The notes beneath the pieces are model-generated. The model did no database searches. It saw only the letters and a program-made list of their open reading frames with translations, and was not told the origin of the DNA. DNA of 64,000 bases. It comes from Acutalibacteraceae bacterium (GTDB lineage Bacteria; Bacillota; Clostridia; Oscillospirales; Acutalibacteraceae). Made by a program: the position numbers and the translations under genes. The stretch lies in the NCBI GenBank assembly GCA_045613085.1, contig JAZLAG010000003.1, positions 48,696 through 112,695 of the forward strand, given 5' to 3'. Below, one piece after another: positions 36,468 to 44,809 of this stretch (positions within the stretch are counted from its first letter, which is position 1; each line of letters begins with the position of its first letter).

Positions 36468-39371
36468 TTAGTTTTTACACAACATTTCTTCAAAAACTTC
36501 TGTTGGTACTGGTTTTGAATAGTAATAACCTTGTAAATAGCAATTCTCAAATTGACGCAAGAACTCAACCTGCGAAAGAAGTTCAACACCTTCAACAACA
36601 ACGTCTAAATCCATAGTATGTGCCATTTCGATTAACGCTTTCATAATAACATGGCTCTTGTCGCCTTCACCATCAAGGAATTTTAAATCAAGTTTAATAA
36701 TATCCAATGGCATTTCTTTTAACATATTAAGTGATGAGTAACCACTACCGAAGTCATCCATAGCAATCCTGAAACCATCTGCCTGAAGTTCACGAATTGT
36801 ATCGAAAATTTTCCCTGAATCTTCGCTGCAAAGTGATTCTGTAATTTCAAGCTCAATATCTTGTGGCTCCAAGTCATACTTTTCAATCAACTCTCTGAAC
36901 TGACCACGCAATTCACTACCATAGAAGTGGATTCGTGAAACATTAATAGAAATAGGAACAGTTTTTATCCCTTTTTTCTTTAATTCTGACTGGAAACGAC
37001 AAGTTTCTTCCCAAACGAAGTGGTCAAGCGGGTCGATAAATCCGTTGCGTTCAAATATATTAATAAATACACCCGGTGACACAAGTCCCTTTTGAGGATG
37101 TTGCCAACGAACAAGCGTTTCACCACCGACAATTGATTCAGTAATCGAATCATATTTAGGCTGAACAACTATAAAGAACTGGCGTTCTGCCAAAGCTTGC
37201 TCCATTTCAGACTCAACTTCTTGTTCTAACTGAGCTTGTTTGCGTACGTTATCATCATAGAAATGGATATATTCCGTATATGTGTAGTTTTTGTTACGGG
37301 TCGCTTCTATTGCCCTGTCACACATAACGTTAACAGGCATTTCCTTATCTTCTGCCAAAAATACACCGTAAACTACTCGAACATCAATATCATCAAGGAA
37401 TGTTTTAAAATTCTTAGGAAGTTCTATTTTTTCAAACTCAGATTTTGGAATACACATATAATAATTGTCTATCATAAAACGAGCAAAAATTATGCGCTGA
37501 TTTACATCTAATTTCTGCAACTGTGCACCAATTTCTTTTAACAACTGGTCACCTGCACTCATACCATAGTGCTCATTTACAACCCTAAAATTACAGATAT
37601 TCATAGAGATAATATAAAAAAGTTCATTTGATTCTTTAATAAGTTTCCCTGCTTCTTCATAGAAATAAGAACGATTATAAAGACCTGTAATCTCATCTTC
37701 TCTTGCTTTTTTCTGTAATATTTCAAACTCTCTTCTTTGTATTTTTGCATCAGCTAATTTGTTTGTAAAAATTCCATAACCAATTATTGCAAATAACAAA
37801 ATTAAAACTACAACAATCATCCATTTCCAGTTCTGGTAAAAAAAGTCAGAATTCTCAAGTGGATACGGTGACATAAGCAATTCACGTTTTACGATTTCGT
37901 TAATCTCGTCGTAAGTAATGTGGTGGATTGCTTTATTTATAATATCTATAAGCATCTGTTGTTCTTCTGATGCTACTAAACACACATTATTTCCGTGGTC
38001 AACCCCCGGAACAACCGTAAGTTTATCTGAAAACTCAGGTTTCTGCATTAAATAACTTGCACGGTGTGTATTTTGAATTACCACACCAACTTTTTTATCG
38101 GTAAGAGCTTCAAAGCAGGATTTAGCATCATCAAAATACTGAATCTCGTAGTCAGGATTTTCCTCAAGAAGCATTGGTTCTAAATATGCTAAATCCTTTG
38201 TTAAAGCAATAATATGGGATACATATTCATCTTCAACAAAAGCAACTTTACGCTTAACATATGAAACGGAAACGTTTGTAATAGAATTCGAAAGAATAGT
38301 ATCTTCCAAATCACTCATATACTGTAAAGCATTTTGTGTATGTAAAAGAAGGTAACCATCATTCATAAAGTCCTTGTAGGTTTCCTGAGAGTAATTTTCA
38401 ACATCTCCGCCTTCAAGAACAATATTGATACCGCTTTTCTGAGAGAGAAGTTTTATAACCTCTGCCCATATACCTTTGGTTTCGCCGTTTTCCATATAAC
38501 AAGATGGATGTTGATCCTGAATAAGCTTAACCTTTATAGTTCCAAGGTTTTTAATGTAATTCAACTCTTCTTTTGTGTAAAGAGGCATACTGCTTATTGA
38601 CTCGTGATTAAAATACTTTGCCCTCAAATTACCTTCAAAAGAAGGCTCGTCTAACATAATTTCGTGAAGTACGTCATCTATCTCATTAATTAAATTTTGA
38701 TTTTTAAATTGTGCAATGCAATAAAATGGGTCAGTACCAGAAATATCAACTAATTTAAGTCCTGAAGTAGCATAACGGCTACCAACCACCATCATATCAA
38801 TCCCGCCGTTACTAAGGGCAGCCTTCATCTCGTTTTCTTTATTAAAATAAACAGCCTCAAATGAAATTTCCGTTTCATTTGCATACTTTTCAAAGTCGGA
38901 AGCAGAATAACTTTCTTCAAGCAACCCTACTTTACTTCCTTGCATCGTTTCGTAGTCTTGGTAGAAATATTTGCTATCTGTTTTTGCGTAAAGAATAGAT
39001 GTCTCATAACCGATAGGCATTGACGAATATAAAAATTCTGCCGCACGCTCATCGGTATAGTGAGCAGTACAAATCAAATCGATACTGCCATTGCGCAATT
39101 TTTCTAGCGAATCGTGCCAACTATCATCTTTGACATATTTATACTTCCAACCTGTGTATTCAGCGATTTTTTCAAGATATTCAACACCATATCCGTAATA
39201 GTGTCCGTCGCTTTCTTTAATAAACTGAGAGTTGCTGTCATAACCAACTCTTACCACCTTTTCTTCTGAAGCAAAGACGGTTTGCGGAACTATTAAAAAA
39301 GCAACCATCAAAGACAATAAAATACAACAAATTGATTTAACCGGTCTTAAAAATTTGCACATAATTTTCAT
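36468..39371 (-). CDS. Signalling protein: two periplasmic solute-binding (SBP_bac_3-like) domains, TM, degenerate GGDEF, intact EAL (c-di-GMP phosphodiesterase)
   Basis: 967 aa. The GGDEF site reads RFMIDNY. The EAL residues are present: ETLVR, INVS, EITES, DDFGSGYSSL, KLD, EGVE, QGYYYSKP. Confidence 0.88.
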   Translation of the reverse strand: MKIMCKFLRPVKSICCILLSLMVAFLIVPQTVFASEEKVVRVGYDSNSQFIKESDGHYYGYGVEYLEKIAEYTGWKYKYVKDDSWHDSLEKLRNGSIDLICTAHYTDERAAEFLYSSMPIGYETSILYAKTDSKYFYQDYETMQGSKVGLLEESYSASDFEKYANETEISFEAVYFNKENEMKAALSNGGIDMMVVGSRYATSGLKLVDISGTDPFYCIAQFKNQNLINEIDDVLHEIMLDEPSFEGNLRAKYFNHESISSMPLYTKEELNYIKNLGTIKVKLIQDQHPSCYMENGETKGIWAEVIKLLSQKSGINIVLEGGDVENYSQETYKDFMNDGYLLLHTQNALQYMSDLEDTILSNSITNVSVSYVKRKVAFVEDEYVSHIIALTKDLAYLEPMLLEENPDYEIQYFDDAKSCFEALTDKKVGVVIQNTHRASYLMQKPEFSDKLTVVPGVDHGNNVCLVASEEQQMLIDIINKAIHHITYDEINEIVKRELLMSPYPLENSDFFYQNWKWMIVVVLILLFAIIGYGIFTNKLADAKIQRREFEILQKKAREDEITGLYNRSYFYEEAGKLIKESNELFYIISMNICNFRVVNEHYGMSAGDQLLKEIGAQLQKLDVNQRIIFARFMIDNYYMCIPKSEFEKIELPKNFKTFLDDIDVRVVYGVFLAEDKEMPVNVMCDRAIEATRNKNYTYTEYIHFYDDNVRKQAQLEQEVESEMEQALAERQFFIVVQPKYDSITESIVGGETLVRWQHPQKGLVSPGVFINIFERNGFIDPLDHFVWEETCRFQSELKKKGIKTVPISINVSRIHFYGSELRGQFRELIEKYDLEPQDIELEITESLCSEDSGKIFDTIRELQADGFRIAMDDFGSGYSSLNMLKEMPLDIIKLDLKFLDGEGDKSHVIMKALIEMAHTMDLDVVVEGVELLSQVEFLRQFENCYLQGYYYSKPVPTEVFEEMLCKN

Positions 39372-39513
39372 ATTTGAAGCCTCTTTTTTATTTTATATCA
39401 AATACAATTATATTATAACTTTTTTTATATAAAATTCAAGTAATTTTGAGTTTTTACACTTAAATTCGATATTTCAATTTAATTTTTTCTGATTTTATTC
39501 TAGTTTATTTAAT

Positions 39514-39544
39514 AAAAAAACGCAACTAAACAGTTGCGTTTTTC
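39514..39544 (-). terminator. Terminator of the ahpC / flavoprotein reductase operon
   Basis: Minus-strand AACGCAACTgtttAGTTGCGTT followed by tttttttatt. Confidence 0.65.
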
Positions 39545-39551
39545 TATATAT

Positions 39552-41201
39552 TCAATTACTAATCAATTCTAAAACCTGATTTATATTTTTCTTACCGAAA
39601 GATACTTTGTCATCATTAATAACAAGACACGGAACACTCATCACATTGTATTTTTTTCGTAATTCATCAAAATGCTGAATGTCGTAAACTTCGGCACGGA
39701 TATTTGGATTTAACGTTGCTATACGCTGACAAGCAATAACTAAATCAGGGCACATAGTACACGATAAAGTCACCAATATCTTCATATCTACAGTACTTTT
39801 TATTTCTTTAATTTCCTGAATAGTTTGTTCATCTGATTGTTGACCTGGTCCTGATGCATTATAAAGACTAATCACAAAGGTTGTGAACTCGTGACCGGAC
39901 GGAACACCATGAAACGCAATACCTGTATCACTACCATCTTCAAGAAAAACACGGACACATGGTGCTACATCTGATGAAGCATTTTTTTCAGCAACTATTA
40001 CTGTAATTTTATCTGTAAGAGCTGAGATATTTTCGATTAAACTTTCTAACTCACTTGAAACAGGACGATTATCTAAATAAAGCTTCAACACAAGATTACG
40101 CTCAAACTTACTGAAAATATCTAATAACTGTTGCTTTATTTCATCTGAAAAAGCATCGTTTGAATTATGAGAAATATTTTCTTCTGAAGCTTTTGATTTT
40201 TCAATAATTTTCGCTTTCGGTTGTTTCGGATACAGCCCTGTTTTTTGTTGCATTTCGGCAACGTATTTTTCAAGTTCGGTAGCAGCCAAAGCACCGTCAC
40301 CAGTAGCGGTTACAATCTGTCGGAGCGGTTTTATGCAGACATCTCCTGCAGCATAAATTCCGTCAACATTTGTTTTTTGCTCAGAGTCGGTAATAATATA
40401 TCCGTGCTCATTCAGTTCAATTATATCTTTTACAAGTTCTGTGTCAGGAGAATATCCTGCAAAAACAAACACACCGAAAAAGTCTCCGTTTTCAGCACGA
40501 TATTCTGAAATTTCACCTGTTTTTGTGTTTTTATAACGAATATAATTAAGCCCACTTTCACCTGAGACTTCTTCAACTACAGTATTTGGCACAACAGTTA
40601 TTTTCTCGTGATTTTTTGCCTTGTCTGCTACAGAAGCGGCACAACTGAAATCATCTTTTCTTATAAAAATTGTTACATGCTTTGCAAACTTAGTTAAAAA
40701 AACGCTTTCTTCGGCAGCAGCAAAACCGCCACCTATAACAAACACTTCTTTGTCGGTGAAAAATTCGCCATCACAAGTAGCACAATAAGCAACACCACGA
40801 CCTTTGTGCTCTTCTTCACCCTTAAAACCAACTGTTCTTGGGTGTGCACCAGTAGCAATCAAGACACCGAAACAATAAAAATCTCCGTGGTCGGTATGAA
40901 CCGTTTTAATTTCATTAGTAACACTGAACCCTTTAGCTTCTGCAATTAAACATTCTGCACCAAAGTTTTCAGCCTGATGACGCATTGTATCGGTAAGTGC
41001 TTTACCACTTGTTTTCTCTATACCAGGATAATTTACAACTTCGTTTGTAATAGTAATCTGACCGCCGAACTGCTCTTTTTCGAGCAATAATACTCTGTAT
41101 TTAGCACGGGCGAGATATAGAGCGGCGGTAAGTCCTGCGGGACCGCCACCAACTATTATTACATCATATAAATTATCCTTATTTATTTTTTGTAAATCCA
41201 T
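39552..41201 (-). CDS. Thioredoxin-reductase-like flavoprotein with C-terminal thioredoxin/glutaredoxin-like modules (AhpF-type function, inverted domain order)
   Basis: N-terminal DVIIVGGGPAGLTAALYLAR and redox CATCDG; C-terminal LVTLSCTMCPDLV CxxC fold. Its stop is adjacent to ahpC. Confidence 0.8.
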   Translation of the reverse strand: MDLQKINKDNLYDVIIVGGGPAGLTAALYLARAKYRVLLLEKEQFGGQITITNEVVNYPGIEKTSGKALTDTMRHQAENFGAECLIAEAKGFSVTNEIKTVHTDHGDFYCFGVLIATGAHPRTVGFKGEEEHKGRGVAYCATCDGEFFTDKEVFVIGGGFAAAEESVFLTKFAKHVTIFIRKDDFSCAASVADKAKNHEKITVVPNTVVEEVSGESGLNYIRYKNTKTGEISEYRAENGDFFGVFVFAGYSPDTELVKDIIELNEHGYIITDSEQKTNVDGIYAAGDVCIKPLRQIVTATGDGALAATELEKYVAEMQQKTGLYPKQPKAKIIEKSKASEENISHNSNDAFSDEIKQQLLDIFSKFERNLVLKLYLDNRPVSSELESLIENISALTDKITVIVAEKNASSDVAPCVRVFLEDGSDTGIAFHGVPSGHEFTTFVISLYNASGPGQQSDEQTIQEIKEIKSTVDMKILVTLSCTMCPDLVIACQRIATLNPNIRAEVYDIQHFDELRKKYNVMSVPCLVINDDKVSFGKKNINQVLELISN

Positions 41202-41764
41202 TATAACTGACCTACAAGGTCAAGACTTGGTTTAAGTGTTTCAGCACCTGGTTTCCAGTTAGCAGGACAAACCTCATCGCCGTGAGCGTGAACGAACTGA
41301 CAAGCCTGAACCTTACGGAAAAGTTCTTCTGCATTTCTACCCACGTTACCTGCAGTTATTTCGTAACCCACGATTTTACCTTCTGGGTTAATAATAAACG
41401 TACCACGCTCTGCTAAACCGTCAGATTCAATAAGAACTTCAAAATCTTCTGAAATTTCGTGTGTAGGGTCTGCAAGCATTGGGAAATTGATTTTTTTAAT
41501 TCTTTCAGAAGCATCGTGCCAAGCCTTGTGAACGAAGTGAGTATCAGTAGAAACTGAATATATTTCACAACCGACATTTCTGAATTCTTCATACTTGTTT
41601 GCTAAATCTTCAAGCTCAGTAGGACAAATAAAAGTGAAGTCTGCAGGATAGAAAAAGAAAACACTCCATTTGCCAAGAATATCATCTTTTGAGACTGTCT
41701 TAAATTCACCAGCGTGAAATGCATTGGCTTTAAAATTTGAAACTTCTTTATTAATAATTGACAT
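41201..41764 (-). CDS. ahpC: Peroxiredoxin, typical 2-Cys (AhpC)
   Basis: FFFYPADFTFICPTE peroxidatic Cys motif and C-terminal EVCPANW resolving Cys. I prefer the start at 41764 (aaggatgg RBS). Confidence 0.92.
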   Translation of the reverse strand: MSIINKEVSNFKANAFHAGEFKTVSKDDILGKWSVFFFYPADFTFICPTELEDLANKYEEFRNVGCEIYSVSTDTHFVHKAWHDASERIKKINFPMLADPTHEISEDFEVLIESDGLAERGTFIINPEGKIVGYEITAGNVGRNAEELFRKVQACQFVHAHGDEVCPANWKPGAETLKPSLDLVGQL

Positions 41765-41869
41765 AGTAAAAACCATCCTTTTTTTAATTTCTGTATTTAG
41801 TATGTCATTTTTTCTTAAATAAATACATTCTGTCTTGGTTATACTAAAAACAGATTGGAAGTGACGTTT

Positions 41870-43285
41870 ATGAAAACAATTTTAGAAAAGCCACATATAA
41901 AAGGTTTTATTCCTTTTGGTCTTGCTGCTTTTCTTGTAGGCTTAGTTGGTGGTTTCACCTCTTTACTCGGCCCTGCTTTTGTTGAAGAATTAAATCTCCC
42001 ATACAACAATACAACCTGGACAGCACTTGCTATGGCTATGTCAACCGCCGCATTTGCACCAATACTGGGTAAATTAGGCGATATAATAGGGCGAAGAGTA
42101 ACCTTATTAATAGGTATAGTTGTTTTTGCACTCGGTAATGTTCTCACCGCAATAGCACCTTCGCTTTTATTTATGCTTTTAGCACGTTTTATTGTTGGTA
42201 TGGGAACTGCCGCTATTGCACCTGTCGTAATGTCGTATATAGTCACAGAATTCCCAAGAGACAAAATCGCAAAAGGCTTTGCACTTTATATGTTTGTTTC
42301 GAGTATTTCTGTAATTTTCGGACCGACGCTTGGTGGCTTGATTATCGAATATTTTAACTGGCGCACAATGATTTGGGTGTGTGTCGTTATTTCGGTAATT
42401 ACATTTTTACTTTGCCTTATGATTGGTAATAAAAAGCCGACTGTAAAAAATGATATAAAGAATTTTGATAGTATAGGTGCTGTTTTTATATTAATCTTCT
42501 TTAGTCTACTGCTTTGTGTACCATCTTTTGGTCAGAATTTCGGTTGGCAATCAAAGCAATTTTTAATAGTTCTCATTGCTTCAATAATTTCAGGTATAGG
42601 ATTATGTATAGCAGAAAAAAGAGCGATAAATCCAATTATACAATGGCTTTTTATAAAGAGAAAAGCGTTCATACTTTCTGTTATTGCACTTTTTCTTACA
42701 CAAGGACTTATGCAAGCAAATATGACTAACGTTATTATTTTTGTAAACTACACTCAGCCACAGAATTCTGTTATATCTGGTTACGCAATCTCTATTATGT
42801 ATATAGGAATGTCTCTCGGAGCTGTAATTTTAGGACCACTTGCAGACCGATATGAACCTAAAAAAGTGCTTGCAGGTTCTCTTACTCTTACAGGAATAGG
42901 TAGTGCAATTATGCTACTGTTCACAGAAAATTCTTCAGTTCTTTTGCTTGCAGCTTCACTTGGGTTGCTCGGATTTGGGCTTGGTGGAAACGGTACAATC
43001 TTTATGAAAGTTGTGCTGTCCGGTGTACCACTTGAAAACTCAGGTGCAGGAACAGGAACTTACGGACTTTTCCGTGACCTTGCCGCACCATTTGGCGTTG
43101 CCGTGTTTGTACCGATGTTTACTAACAGAGCCTCTGCCCTTATAACTTCAGGGGCAACTGAAATTACTGCCGCTATTGACTCAGTAAAAACATTAGCTTT
43201 AGTTGAATTTGCGTGTATTGCAATTGGCATAATTACAGTACTTTTTCTTCCAAGAATTCACAATAAAGAAGGAGAAATTATATGA
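41870..43285 (+). CDS. MFS transporter, 14-TM DHA2-like
   Basis: Motif A-like LGKLGDIIGRR; about 14 hydrophobic segments. The ATG at 41870 follows ggaagtga. Confidence 0.82.
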   Translation: MKTILEKPHIKGFIPFGLAAFLVGLVGGFTSLLGPAFVEELNLPYNNTTWTALAMAMSTAAFAPILGKLGDIIGRRVTLLIGIVVFALGNVLTAIAPSLLFMLLARFIVGMGTAAIAPVVMSYIVTEFPRDKIAKGFALYMFVSSISVIFGPTLGGLIIEYFNWRTMIWVCVVISVITFLLCLMIGNKKPTVKNDIKNFDSIGAVFILIFFSLLLCVPSFGQNFGWQSKQFLIVLIASIISGIGLCIAEKRAINPIIQWLFIKRKAFILSVIALFLTQGLMQANMTNVIIFVNYTQPQNSVISGYAISIMYIGMSLGAVILGPLADRYEPKKVLAGSLTLTGIGSAIMLLFTENSSVLLLAASLGLLGFGLGGNGTIFMKVVLSGVPLENSGAGTGTYGLFRDLAAPFGVAVFVPMFTNRASALITSGATEITAAIDSVKTLALVEFACIAIGIITVLFLPRIHNKEGEII

Positions 43286-44079
43286 AATTAAAAGATAAAA
43301 TTATTTTGATAACCGCATCTACAAGAGGTATAGGCTTAGCTTGTGTTAAAGCGTGCGCCAAAGAAGGTGCTGTCGTTTATATGGCGGCAAGAAATTTAGA
43401 CCTTGCAAAAGAAGAAGCAGACAAACTCAATGCACAGGGGTATAGTGTTAAATATGTTTTTAATGATGCAAGTAAGCCTGAATCTTTTACTACAATGATA
43501 GAAGATGTTGTAAAAGATACTGGTCATATTGACGTTCTTGTAAACAATTTCGGAACATCAAAACCCGGTCAGGACCTTGATTTTTCAAACACCGATGTCA
43601 ATGTTTTCCTTGATACTGTCAACATCAATCTCAGGAGTGTTTTTGCCGCAAGTAAAGAAGCGGTAAAATATATGGCAAAGCAAGGTGGCGGAAGTATTAT
43701 TAACATTTCTTCTGTTGGTGGTCTTGTGCCTGATATTTCACAAGTATCATACGGCACAAGCAAGGCGGCAATAAATTACCTCACGAAACTTATTGCCGTA
43801 CACGAAGCAAGAAACAACATCCGTTGTAATGCGGTTCTTCCAGGAATGACCGCAACTGATGCAGTCGAGAAAAATCTTACCGGTGAATTCAGAGAGTTGT
43901 TTCTTCGCCACATACCATTTAACAGAATGGGTAAACCTGAAGAAATTGCTTCTGCAGTAGTTTATTTTGCAAGTGATGATTCACTCTACACCACTGGTCA
44001 GATATTAACCGTTTCTGGTGGATTTGGTCTTGCAACACCACTTTATGGTGATTTGGCGAACAAAACAAATCGCAGATAA
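43282..44079 (+). CDS. Short-chain dehydrogenase/reductase (SDR)
   Basis: TASTRGIG cofactor motif, NNFG, and catalytic YGTSK. ATGA overlap with the MFS gene. Confidence 0.9.
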   Translation: MKLKDKIILITASTRGIGLACVKACAKEGAVVYMAARNLDLAKEEADKLNAQGYSVKYVFNDASKPESFTTMIEDVVKDTGHIDVLVNNFGTSKPGQDLDFSNTDVNVFLDTVNINLRSVFAASKEAVKYMAKQGGGSIINISSVGGLVPDISQVSYGTSKAAINYLTKLIAVHEARNNIRCNAVLPGMTATDAVEKNLTGEFRELFLRHIPFNRMGKPEEIASAVVYFASDDSLYTTGQILTVSGGFGLATPLYGDLANKTNRR

Positions 44080-44110
44080 AATAAAAATACGGTTAAGTAT
44101 CTATATCCTC

Positions 44111-44139
44111 TTGACAATTCCGTTTTTATATACTATTAT
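44111..44139 (+). promoter_or_regulatory. Near-consensus sigma-70 promoter reading into structured element A
   Basis: TTGACA (44111-44116), exactly 17 nt, then TATTAT (44134-44139). No ORF follows; the next features are element A, the tRNA-Leu fragment and a terminator. Confidence 0.55.
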
Positions 44140-44189
44140 GCAGATATAGAAAAAGGCAAAACACGAAACCCCTTGATTCTATTGGGATT

Positions 44190-44465
44190 AGAGTGAGTGT
44201 GTTCGAACCAGATATGGTTTAATACAGTCACTTTCCCCTGTAACATCGTTAAAACTCTTGAAATACGGCAGTATTCCTACGAGTTTTGCCTTGTTACAGA
44301 AAAAACTGCCAAGTATTAAACTTCGCAGAACCTTAAATGTTCGAGTTTGCGTGCATTTTGGGTTTTCTTTGGCGTAGTTATACTGGCGTATATCAAGACA
44401 AAAAAACACAAAGGGTGCGTGAAATCGGACATTTAAGGCATATTTGGTTCAAATACACTCACTCT
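44190..44465 (+). ncRNA. Candidate structured RNA element, copy A (276 nt), unclassified
   Basis: AGAGTGAGTGT (44190-44200) pairs perfectly with ACACTCACTCT (44455-44465), extendable to about 20 bp. Two blocks are shared with copy B: 44241-44296 (51/56 identical) and 44364-44405 (40/42), at the same offsets. A promoter lies upstream and a terminator at 44546-44581. Confidence 0.5.
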
Positions 44466-44492
44466 TGAGCTTGTCCCCAAGGTGGCGTGACC

Positions 44493-44545
44493 TTTAGGTT
44501 CTTGTGCCGAAAGGTGTACAGGTTCAAGTCCTGCTACCCGCACCA
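44493..44545 (+). pseudogene. 3' half of tRNA-Leu(UAG), duplicated fragment (att-like scar)
   Basis: tttaggttcttgtgccgaaaggtgtacaggttcaagtcctgctacccgcacca matches 36299-36351 except for 3 T-loop positions. There is no 5' acceptor or D-arm. Confidence 0.85.
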
Positions 44546-44581
44546 AACAACTTTGGTAGAATTACCAAGGTTGTTTTTTTA
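44546..44581 (+). terminator. Duplicate of the tRNA-Leu terminator
   Basis: aaacaactttggtagaattaccaaggttgttttttt; one substitution relative to 36352-36388. Confidence 0.7.
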
Positions 44582-44678
44582 TTATCTTACTTAGAAACAT
44601 ACCCAAGGACTTGAACCTGCTCTCACCGAAGGTGAACAAAATCGTTGCCGTTCTGACGGCAAAGCGTAGCGAGCGCCG

Positions 44679-44700
44679 TCGAGTCCTGTCAGGTGTACCA
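44679..44700 (+). pseudogene. Second, unrelated tRNA-like 3'-end fragment
   Basis: tcgagtcctgtcaggtgtacca resembles T-loop/T-stem/acceptor/ACCA. There is no matching 5' half; an inverted ggacttgaacc T-arm-like piece lies at 44608-44618. Confidence 0.4.
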
Positions 44701-44741
44701 AACCAGGTGTTCATTCAAATACTGAATGAACACCTGGTTTT
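44700..44741. terminator. Strong hairpin/terminator
   Basis: AAACCAGGTGTTCATTCaaatactGAATGAACACCTGGTTT followed by t; a 17-bp stem. Confidence 0.7.
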
Positions 44742-44809
44742 ATTGATACTGTACGAATATTCACGCCTAAAATCTCAAATCGTAATACTTAAGATTTTTG
44801 GGTTTATGT

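Noticed and set aside
41839-42264. 141-aa minus-strand ORF
   Set aside because: It is entirely antisense to the well-supported MFS transporter gene. Its hydrophobic mirror-frame composition is typical of shadow ORFs.
44188-44409. 73-aa minus-strand ORF inside element A, and the 72-aa ORF at 44611-44829
   Set aside because: There is no RBS, and the conservation pattern between copies A and B is blockwise at the nucleotide level with indel-tolerant spacing, which is not codon-like. The second ORF runs through tRNA fragments and a terminator hairpin.
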